This document shows positions 27,663 through 34,819 of a stretch of DNA of 56,944 nucleotides, piece after piece. Made by a program: the position numbers and the translations under genes. The notes below the pieces were generated by a model. The model saw nothing but the letters and a program-made list of their open reading frames with translations. It was not told the DNA's origin and did no database searches. The stretch lies in the NCBI GenBank assembly GCA_044339705.1, contig JBIIVA010000001.1, forward strand, positions 1 to 56,944, written 5' to 3'. The stretch comes from Crocinitomicaceae bacterium (GTDB lineage: Bacteria > Bacteroidota > Bacteroidia > Flavobacteriales_D > Crocinitomicaceae). Each line of letters opens with the position of its first letter. Position 1 is the stretch's first letter.

Positions 27663-27851
27663 GGCGTTTTGTTTTTGTTTTATGAGACAAAGGAATAGCC
27701 ATTTTAAAGCATAGCATGACACAATATATAGTATCAAACTAAAAATACAAGGTCACACGAGTATCAGTTTAAGTAGTATTATTATGCAAGCTAAGTGTTA
27801 CTACATAGAAAAGACGATTTTAGCTAAAAAACCATGTTAAAATAAAAACCT

Positions 27852-27891
27852 ATAAAAACAAATATCCCAGCAATCAGTGATTACTGGGATA
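27852..27891 (-). terminator. Rho-independent terminator downstream of the lipocalin-like gene
   Basis: The inverted repeat ATATCCCAG (27862-27870) / CTGGGATAT (27883-27891) is followed on the minus strand by TTGTTTTTATA. Confidence 0.6.
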
Positions 27892-27953
27892 TAAGTAATT
27901 AATTTAGTCTTTAATAAACCGTATCGCTTATTTCGTACTGGTCAATATCTCAA

Positions 27954-28379
27954 TTATTTCTTTGTATACTTATTGATGTCTCCATCAGCATTCTTAAACC
28001 ACAAATCCTTATTTGTCAGACGATAGATTGGATCAGATGTTTCAGAGTTTCCGTTTATTGTAAAAACAATTGCTGTTTTGTCATCATTGAATTCCCAGTT
28101 TCCTGTTGCTCCAAAAAAAGGATTCTCATTTTTGTAAGTTCCGTCTTTATCAAAAGTTAAGAGATTGGTTCCGGCGTCAATAGTTACCACGTTTCCATTA
28201 CTATATTCGATAGAAGTCGCATCCCACGTTCCCGTTAAACGTCCTTTTTTAGATGCTAGAGAAAAACCAGGTCCACCCTCATACTTACCACAGGCGCTCA
28301 AGACAAAAAGAGCAGCAAAAATGGCCAACAAGCCACGATTCATTAATTTTTTCATTTTTTTCATTTTAAATTTGTCCAA
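27954..28379 (-). CDS. Lipocalin-like small lipoprotein
   Basis: It has a lipobox (FVLSACG). LTGTWDATSIEY...GNWEFNDDKTAIVF...LTNKDLWF fits the bacterial lipocalin-like domain pattern. Several in-frame ATGs sit near the 5-prime end. Confidence 0.55.
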   Translation of the reverse strand: MDKFKMKKMKKLMNRGLLAIFAALFVLSACGKYEGGPGFSLASKKGRLTGTWDATSIEYSNGNVVTIDAGTNLLTFDKDGTYKNENPFFGATGNWEFNDDKTAIVFTINGNSETSDPIYRLTNKDLWFKNADGDINKYTKK

Positions 28380-28431
28380 AATTAAACAAAAATTGAATTA
28401 GTTAACCTATAAAAAACATAATCGAAAGAAG

Positions 28432-28439
28432 TATCTTTG
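28432..28439 (+). promoter_or_regulatory. Candidate -7 promoter box (TATCTTTG)
   Basis: Matches TAnnTTTG and lies 20 nt upstream of the metF ATG. Confidence 0.3.
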
Positions 28440-28459
28440 CAAATAATATCAATTTAACT

Positions 28460-29410
28460 ATGAAGGTTACCGAACACATTAGCGCGGCAAAAGACACCTT
28501 GTTTTCTTTCGAGATTCTTCCTCCTTTAAAAGGAAAAAGTATCCAATCCATATATGATGGTATTGATCCATTGATGGAATTTAAACCACGTTTTGTAAAC
28601 GTAACTTACCACCGGGAAGAATATGTTTATAAAGAACGTGAAAATGGCCTACTTGAGAAAATCGCTATTCGCAAACGGCCAGGAACAGTTGGAATTTGTG
28701 CTGCCATCATGAATAAATATCAAGTTGATGCGGTTCCTCATTTAATTTGTGGCGGGTTTAGCAAGGAAGAAACCGAAAACGCTCTGATTGATCTTCAATT
28801 TTTAGGGATTGACAATGTTTTGGCTTTGCGCGGTGATTCTATTAAAACGGAGAGTTCTTTTCGTCCTCATACTGATGGGCATGCATTTGCAGAACAACTA
28901 ATTCAACAGATTTCAGACATGAATAAGGGAAATTACATGATGGATGATGTTCAGCTTGAGCCCACTGATTTTTGTATTGGTGCGGCTGGGTATCCTGAAA
29001 AGCATTTTGAAGCCATGAATTTAGCGTTCGATTTGCAAAATTTGAAACGAAAAGTTGAGGCTGGAGCGGAATATATCGTAACACAGATGTTTTTTGACAA
29101 CAAGAAATTTTTTGACTTCGTTGATGAATGCCGTAAAATAGGAATCAATGTTCCAATAATTCCGGGATTAAAACCAATCAAAAACATGACCCATATTTCG
29201 TTTTTACCGAAGTTTTTTCATATTGATTACCCCATTGAATTATCGAGTGAGCTATTGAAATGCAAGGACAATAAATCGGTTGAACAAGTGGGGATTGAAT
29301 GGGGAATCCAGCAATCAAAAGAACTGAAAGCTTCTGGTGTGCCATGCATTCATTACTACACCATGTCCAATTCATCCTCTGTTAAAGCTATAGCTAAGGA
29401 GGTATTTTAA
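28460..29410 (+). CDS. metF: Methylenetetrahydrofolate reductase [NAD(P)H]
   Basis: The 316-aa length fits. It starts FSFEILPPLKG in MetF style and also has VPHLICGG, VLALRGD and YIVTQMFFD. Confidence 0.9.
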   Translation: MKVTEHISAAKDTLFSFEILPPLKGKSIQSIYDGIDPLMEFKPRFVNVTYHREEYVYKERENGLLEKIAIRKRPGTVGICAAIMNKYQVDAVPHLICGGFSKEETENALIDLQFLGIDNVLALRGDSIKTESSFRPHTDGHAFAEQLIQQISDMNKGNYMMDDVQLEPTDFCIGAAGYPEKHFEAMNLAFDLQNLKRKVEAGAEYIVTQMFFDNKKFFDFVDECRKIGINVPIIPGLKPIKNMTHISFLPKFFHIDYPIELSSELLKCKDNKSVEQVGIEWGIQQSKELKASGVPCIHYYTMSNSSSVKAIAKEVF

Positions 29411-29420
29411 TTTTTATTTC

Positions 29421-29957
29421 ATGCGAAAACTATTTTTTTTATTCAGCTGTTTTTTCATTTTTTCATGTGGTTTTTCGCAAGGGTTGAAATTAAAGAATGT
29501 ATTGGTCATAGGTCAATTTGATAAGCCGGAAGATCGTTACGCGATTGAGGTAAACTTAACAGAACTCTTAATCAATGCAGGAATTAAATCGTCTCCTTCT
29601 TTGAATATTTTAAAACAAGGGACCTCTGCTGTAAATTTAGTAAACGACTCCATTCGTCAAATTGTAAAATCGAAAGGATTCGATACCTACGTTATTGTGA
29701 ATGTGAGGGGTTACGATCGTAAATTCAAAGTATCGGAATCAAAAATCACGTTTGAAGATATGCTCAATATGGCAAGCTTATATCACCTATATCGAGATGA
29801 AGCAACATCTGTAAGTTTTGAGTTTACTTTTTTTAGAAATGACACGGTTGTTTATCGCGATATCTTGAAGTGCGGTAATGTTTCAAATCGAGATTCTGTA
29901 ATCAAACGATTCAGAAAAAAAATGCCTAAGTTGATTGAAAAAAACTGGAAAACTTAA
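29421..29957 (+). CDS. Hypothetical secreted protein/lipoprotein
   Basis: 178-aa ORF with a signal peptide and a possible lipobox (FIFSCG). No family recognised. Confidence 0.45.
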   Translation: MRKLFFLFSCFFIFSCGFSQGLKLKNVLVIGQFDKPEDRYAIEVNLTELLINAGIKSSPSLNILKQGTSAVNLVNDSIRQIVKSKGFDTYVIVNVRGYDRKFKVSESKITFEDMLNMASLYHLYRDEATSVSFEFTFFRNDTVVYRDILKCGNVSNRDSVIKRFRKKMPKLIEKNWKT

Positions 29958-30841
29958 TTCCCCATCCTAAATTTTTTATCGAACTCAGCATCCTTTGGAT
30001 CTCCATAAGCACCGCATTTTGGAACTCGTTCAAATAATTTGATAAACTTCAATTGTGCTTGCACTGGCCAATATTGTGATGAAAACCAATTCATTTTTGC
30101 ATTGAATCCATTCCACTGATGTAATCCTAATACAGGTATTTGAACTCCGGGAATTACCATCCAAGCGCGATTCAATCGAATACCAATTCCAAGAGAATAA
30201 TGCATTTGAATCATGAGTGGTTTTTGAAACTTTAATTCAGCTTGATATTGTGAGAAATTATTTTGGTAAACCGTGTCTCCAGGAAAAAGATTGTAATCAA
30301 AATTAAACCCTAAACTTTGGTCAATAAAATGCTTACGAGCCTTATCAATTTTCTTTTTTCCAAAATAAATGAGTGTATGTGCTGAAATTCGACCATATAA
30401 AAACCCATTCCTAAATTCTCCATTCCCAGTTTGGGTTGAAACAATTTCACCCAATGCATTTTTCAGTTGAATCGTAGTTGATTCATTTCCTGCATATTGA
30501 CGATATCCTAATCCCCAATCTACATAATCTAAAATTCGACTTTTCTTCAGAAATTTAATTGGAATTCCTTTCCATTTTGGAAAGTGAGCCATTCCAAATT
30601 CAGCGAAAAAACCAAAATCCGATGTCGGTTTTATTTCATAAACACCCCTTGCACCGTTGTTATCCGTGATTTCTCCTGAAATTGGTTTTGAGGGAAGTAA
30701 ATACGTTGGGCCGAAAGAGAATTGAATTCCATCATTTGTTACAACGATATAATCATTTCCTTTTGATCCTTTTTTAAATCCACCTTGACCATAACAAACG
30801 CAAGAAATGAGCAATGTAAAAAGTATGATTCGACACGTCAT
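29954..30841 (-). CDS. Hypothetical outer-membrane beta-barrel-like protein
   Basis: 295 aa with a signal peptide (ILFTLLISCVCYGQ). The sequence is rich in alternating aromatic/Gly strands (FGFFAEFGMAHF, WGLGYRQY, SLGIGIRLN). It overlaps the convergent upstream ORF by 4 nt. Confidence 0.45.
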   Translation of the reverse strand: MTCRIILFTLLISCVCYGQGGFKKGSKGNDYIVVTNDGIQFSFGPTYLLPSKPISGEITDNNGARGVYEIKPTSDFGFFAEFGMAHFPKWKGIPIKFLKKSRILDYVDWGLGYRQYAGNESTTIQLKNALGEIVSTQTGNGEFRNGFLYGRISAHTLIYFGKKKIDKARKHFIDQSLGFNFDYNLFPGDTVYQNNFSQYQAELKFQKPLMIQMHYSLGIGIRLNRAWMVIPGVQIPVLGLHQWNGFNAKMNWFSSQYWPVQAQLKFIKLFERVPKCGAYGDPKDAEFDKKFRMGN

Positions 30842-30845
30842 CTAT

Positions 30846-32207
30846 TTAAAAATTAAAATCTTGACTAAGTTCGAAAATTTTGTCCATTACTTCTGTGTTA
30901 TCCCATTTTTTTTCAATGTCGGGGATTTCCATTATTCGATCCATGATCTCATTTTGAATCTGGCCTTGTTTGTATGCTACGCTGTAGCGAATATTACTGA
31001 AAGTCACTTGTGAATACAACGGCAACCATTTGTTTGGGTACAATTCACTGAATTTGGCTTCAATTTTCTTTCTCAACAAGAATGCAGGATCTGCCACATA
31101 ATCTCGCATCACATAATAATTGTCTAGCGATAAATCTTGAAGCGCATCACCATCTGGTTTGCGCGTTCGGCTGTATTCTTCGAAAATTTTTGGCCAGTCT
31201 TCTTTATGTTTTTGCATCAATCCCCAAAGAACGGTGCAATCCTCAAAACCGGCGTTCATACCTTGCCCGTAAAACGGAACAGTTGCATGGGCGGCGTCAC
31301 CCATTAGAGCCACTTTACCTTTAGTCCAGGGGTAGCATCGAATGATCGCTAGATTTGAAAGTGGGTGGTCTTCCCAAGCATCAGCAATATTCGGCATCAT
31401 CTCAAAGAAATCAGGAAATACTGTTTTAAAAAAATTATTCACTGCTTCTTTCGAATTCAATTTGTCAAATGAAAACTCATCATTTTCATGAGGCATGAAC
31501 AAGGTGCACGTGAATGACCCATCTTCGTTGGCTAAGGCAATTAACATAAAACGACCTCGAGGCCAAATGTGTAATGCGTTTTTGTCCATGGGATAAGAGC
31601 CATCCGAATTTGCCGGCAATAAAATCTCTCGGTAACCATCAGCAATGTAATTTTGGCTATACTGAAAACGATCAAGTTTTTGCATCGCATTGTAACGAAC
31701 TGCCGAAAAGGCTCCGTCGGCAGCAAAAATTAAATCCGATTCCACTTGAAATTCTTCTCCCGTTATGGAATTCTTCAGAAAAACAATTCCTTTTTTGAGA
31801 TCAACATTTTTACAATCTGTATTATAATGAATGGTTGCTTTTCCATGTTTTTCGGCAATGTCCATCATTTTGGCATTTATTTTTCCTCTAGAAACGGAAA
31901 AAATAGCCTGGTCCTCTTTTCCATATTGTTGATAAGTCAAATTCCCCTCTAAATCATGCATCATGCGACCATACATGGGAATAGCAATTTCTCGAATTTC
32001 ATCTCCGACTCCAACGGCATCTAATGCTGTCCATCCACGTACCGATAATGCTAAATTAATCGATTTACCTGCCGAAATCTCAGCTTTTCGAATGTCCGAA
32101 CGTCGTTCATAAATGGTTACTTTATAACCCGCTTTTGATAGATAAACAGCCCACAAGGACCCCACCAAACCGGCACCAATAATGACAGCCTCTTTCTTTT
32201 TTTCCAT
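30846..32207 (-). CDS. kmo: Kynurenine 3-monooxygenase (FAD-dependent)
   Basis: It has the Rossmann motif IIGAGLVGSLWA and the flavoprotein hydroxylase motif LMGDAAHATVPFYGQGMNAGFED. The length (453 aa) and overall similarity fit flavobacterial KMO. Confidence 0.8.
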   Translation of the reverse strand: MEKKKEAVIIGAGLVGSLWAVYLSKAGYKVTIYERRSDIRKAEISAGKSINLALSVRGWTALDAVGVGDEIREIAIPMYGRMMHDLEGNLTYQQYGKEDQAIFSVSRGKINAKMMDIAEKHGKATIHYNTDCKNVDLKKGIVFLKNSITGEEFQVESDLIFAADGAFSAVRYNAMQKLDRFQYSQNYIADGYREILLPANSDGSYPMDKNALHIWPRGRFMLIALANEDGSFTCTLFMPHENDEFSFDKLNSKEAVNNFFKTVFPDFFEMMPNIADAWEDHPLSNLAIIRCYPWTKGKVALMGDAAHATVPFYGQGMNAGFEDCTVLWGLMQKHKEDWPKIFEEYSRTRKPDGDALQDLSLDNYYVMRDYVADPAFLLRKKIEAKFSELYPNKWLPLYSQVTFSNIRYSVAYKQGQIQNEIMDRIMEIPDIEKKWDNTEVMDKIFELSQDFNF

Positions 32208-32234
32208 GGATTGATTTTATGACTTTGTCAACAA

Positions 32235-32242
32235 CAAAAGTA
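32235..32242 (-). promoter_or_regulatory. Candidate -7 promoter box for kmo (TACTTTTG on the minus strand)
   Basis: Matches TAnnTTTG and lies 27 nt upstream of the kmo ATG at 32207. Confidence 0.3.
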
Positions 32243-32318
32243 TACAGAAAGTTTGATTATAATAACGAAGTTGATCCTCGTAATTCGGTTTGTAATTTTT
32301 CAATGCTTTGGTTCTATT

Positions 32319-32396
32319 GCTCCCACCTTGGCGGACAGGCCGACTATCGTCTTCACCAACCGCATCTTCACCTTCCGGCCGCAGGCGGACTCAGAG
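32319..32396. other. GC-rich island (about 64% G+C by hand count) in an AT-rich divergent intergenic region; candidate structured RNA or relic
   Basis: The sequence is gctcccaccttggcggacaggccgactatcgtcttcaccaaccgcatcttcaccttccggccgcaggcggactcagag. GGCCG/CGGCC arms flank a strongly strand-asymmetric core (C/T-rich on plus, GGTGAAGA x2 on minus). GTCCGCC occurs twice on the minus strand. It lies outside both proximal -7 boxes. Confidence 0.3.
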
Positions 32397-32784
32397 TTTC
32401 GTTAACGCTATATGAAAGTTGAGTGGGAGCTCTCCTATTTTATTTGAAACAAAGTAAAAATAAGTTTCTCCCCTAAACTGTCTGCTTTCGGCAGAAGGGG
32501 GAATTAAGGGGGTGACAGACTGTTCAAAAAATGAAAACCATGATTATTTCTTCTCTTACTTTTTTTGCCGAAGCAGAAATTAGGTTTCTCCCCTATTTCT
32601 ATGATAATTCCAAACAATTGTAAGAATAATTTCTTTGAATCATAGTCAATTTATATATTCCATTAGTCACCCCTCTCATTCTCCCCTTGATCGCAGAAGT
32701 TTATTCAACCTTCGTTTTCAATCATAAATAAATCGGCAAATTCTTTTCATCAATTCCTATTAAATGAGAAACAAACTATTCTAT

Positions 32785-32792
32785 TAATTTTG
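32785..32792 (+). promoter_or_regulatory. Candidate -7 promoter box (TAATTTTG)
   Basis: Matches TAnnTTTG and lies 14 nt upstream of the ATG at 32807. Confidence 0.3.
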
Positions 32793-32806
32793 CTAAAATT
32801 CTTTTT

Positions 32807-33952
32807 ATGAAATTTGGAACCAAAGCCATTCATGCGGGTGTTCAACCAGATCCGGCCACAGGCGCAATCATGACTCCAATTTACCAAACGTCGACTTACG
32901 TTCAGGAAGGTGTTGGAAACCACAAAGGATATGAATATTCTAGGACTTTAAATCCCACTCGACATGCGCTTGAAAAGAACTTAGCTGCAATTGAAAATGG
33001 GAAATACGGTGCTTGTTTTGGCTCTGGACTTGCAGCAATTGATTGTGTAATAAAAATGCTGAATCCCGGTGATGAGGTTATTTCAACAAATGATTTATAC
33101 GGAGGGTCTTACCGAATTTTCAAAACTATTTTCGAAAAATACGGAATCAAGTTTCACTTCGTCAATATGCAAAACCCGAGTGAAGTTGAAGCTTTGTTAA
33201 ATAAAAACACAAAGTTGATTTGGGTTGAAACACCTACGAATCCCATGATGAATATTGTGGATATCAAAGCGATGTCGCAATTGGCTAAAAAAGTGGAAGC
33301 AATGCTCGCAGTTGATAATACGTTTGCAACACCTTATCTTCAAACACCACTTGATTTAGGTGCCGATATCGTGATGCATTCCGCTACAAAATATTTAGGT
33401 GGGCATTCCGATGTTGTGATGGGTGCTTTGGTAACCTCTTGTGACGATATTGCAAAAGAAATGTATCGCATTCAAAATTCCTCTGGCGCTGTATGCGGTC
33501 CGATGGATTCATTTTTAGTCCTTCGTGGAATTAAAACCCTTCACCTACGAATGCAAAGACATTGTGAAAATGGCGCTGCTATTGCCAAATTTCTAATGAA
33601 TCATTCAAAAATCGATAAGGTATTTTGGCCAGGATTTGAAAGTCACCCAAATCACCAAATTGCGAAATCACAAATGAAAGACTTCGGTGGTATGATTTCT
33701 TTTACATTGAAAGGAAATAAGTTGGAAGATGCTTTGGAAATTGTAAAGAAAGTGGAATTGTTCGCTCTTGCAGAGTCGTTGGGTGGAGTTGAATCCTTAA
33801 TCGGACATCCTGCAACTATGACACACGCATCCATTCCAAAAGAGGTTCGTGAGCAAAGTGGCGTTGTAGACTCATTAATTCGATTAAGTGTTGGTATAGA
33901 GGATGTTGAAGATCTAATTGAGGACCTAAAACAAGCTTTAGAGAAACTATAA
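32807..33952 (+). CDS. Cys/Met-metabolism PLP-dependent enzyme (cystathionine gamma-synthase/beta-lyase family)
   Basis: 381 aa. Motifs are TKAIHAGVQPDPATGAIMTPIYQTSTY, the PLP-Lys context SATKYLGGHSD, and SLGGVESLI. The exact reaction cannot be assigned from the sequence alone. Confidence 0.85.
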   Translation: MKFGTKAIHAGVQPDPATGAIMTPIYQTSTYVQEGVGNHKGYEYSRTLNPTRHALEKNLAAIENGKYGACFGSGLAAIDCVIKMLNPGDEVISTNDLYGGSYRIFKTIFEKYGIKFHFVNMQNPSEVEALLNKNTKLIWVETPTNPMMNIVDIKAMSQLAKKVEAMLAVDNTFATPYLQTPLDLGADIVMHSATKYLGGHSDVVMGALVTSCDDIAKEMYRIQNSSGAVCGPMDSFLVLRGIKTLHLRMQRHCENGAAIAKFLMNHSKIDKVFWPGFESHPNHQIAKSQMKDFGGMISFTLKGNKLEDALEIVKKVELFALAESLGGVESLIGHPATMTHASIPKEVREQSGVVDSLIRLSVGIEDVEDLIEDLKQALEKL

Positions 33953-34699
33953 ATTTTCCAATAATTGGAAGAATTGATCCTTTTTAGCTGGTGATAAGGG
34001 AACAGAAGCACCATCCTTCATGACTACATAACCACCATCTTGTTTGTCATAACGCTCGATGTAATTAATGTTTATCAAATGCGATTGTTGTGCTCGGAAA
34101 AAATTATGTCCTGAGAGCATTATATCATAATCTTTCAAAGTTTTAGAAACCAGGATTCTTTTCCCGTCAACAAGATAAAAGGAGGTATAGTTTTTATCCG
34201 CCTCGCAACGAACGATATTCTCTATTTCCACAATGTGAATACTTTCGAGTGTTTTTAAAACTAATTTTCGTTTCTGATTCGGTTGGATGTTGTGTTGAAG
34301 CGCCGAAAATTGACTTTCATCCGTTTTGTTCTGAATGGTATCCAAAGCCCTTGTGACAGCACTTTGAAGTTCTTCCATGTCAATTGGTTTTAAAATATAA
34401 TCCAACGCACTGAATTTTATAGCTTGAATTGCAAATTCTTGAAATGCCGTGATAAAAATAACTTCAAATTTCTTGTATTGTGTTCTTTTCAATACGTCAA
34501 AACCATTTCCATCAGGCATTTGAATATCAAGCAGAACCAAGTCTGGTTGGATTTTTTCAATCGCATTTACTCCTGATACAACGTTCTCACCATCTGAATA
34601 AATGTTGATATTCAAGTTAAACGACTCCAACATGTGACGGATAAAATCCCTGGTTGGTTTTTCATCATCAATGATTAGTATTTTTTTAGTGTTATTCAT
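33947..34699 (-). CDS. LytTR-family two-component response regulator
   Basis: It has a receiver domain (ILIIDDEKPTRD...LVLLDIQMPDGNGF...IFITAF) and a C-terminal LytTR DNA-binding domain (IVRCEADKNYTSFYL...HQSHLININYI). Confidence 0.9.
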   Translation of the reverse strand: MNNTKKILIIDDEKPTRDFIRHMLESFNLNINIYSDGENVVSGVNAIEKIQPDLVLLDIQMPDGNGFDVLKRTQYKKFEVIFITAFQEFAIQAIKFSALDYILKPIDMEELQSAVTRALDTIQNKTDESQFSALQHNIQPNQKRKLVLKTLESIHIVEIENIVRCEADKNYTSFYLVDGKRILVSKTLKDYDIMLSGHNFFRAQQSHLININYIERYDKQDGGYVVMKDGASVPLSPAKKDQFFQLLENL

Positions 34700-34736
34700 T
34701 TGACTTTATAATTTTAAGACCTATTTTGATTCGACA

Positions 34737-34781
34737 AATTCTAAATTCTACATTCTGAATTCTAAATTCTAAATTCTACAT
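34737..34781. repeat. Imperfect heptanucleotide tandem repeat (AATTCTA)n in the kinase-regulator intergenic spacer
   Basis: It reads aattcta aattcta cattctg aattcta aattcta aattcta cat. On the coding (minus) strand this is (TAGAATT)n. It sits between the HK stop (34820) and the RR start (34699). Confidence 0.85.
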
Positions 34782-34819
34782 CCTTATCCCGAAAGCTTTA
34801 TCTACTTAATTTCTCATTT

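Noticed and set aside
32319-32396. Possible SRP RNA, SAM-I, cobalamin or TPP riboswitch, or RNase P fragment
   Set aside because: The minus strand has a CC-GGAA-GG tetraloop-like element, but the flanking conserved SRP loop nucleotides (AGCA/AGG context) are absent. I could find no S-box, B12-box, THI-box or RNase P core strings. It is kept only as an unclassified candidate.
32219-32422. 67-aa plus-strand track ORF spanning the GC-rich island
   Set aside because: It has no recognisable protein features. It starts inside the kmo promoter region. Its only long open stretch coincides with the GC-rich patch, where stop codons are rare by composition. I treat it as non-coding.
33652-34014. 120-aa minus-strand ORF bridging the PLP-enzyme gene and the response regulator
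   Set aside because: It is antisense to the conserved C-terminus of the PLP enzyme and out of frame with the response regulator. The regulator's own stop at 33947 is consistent with a full LytTR domain.
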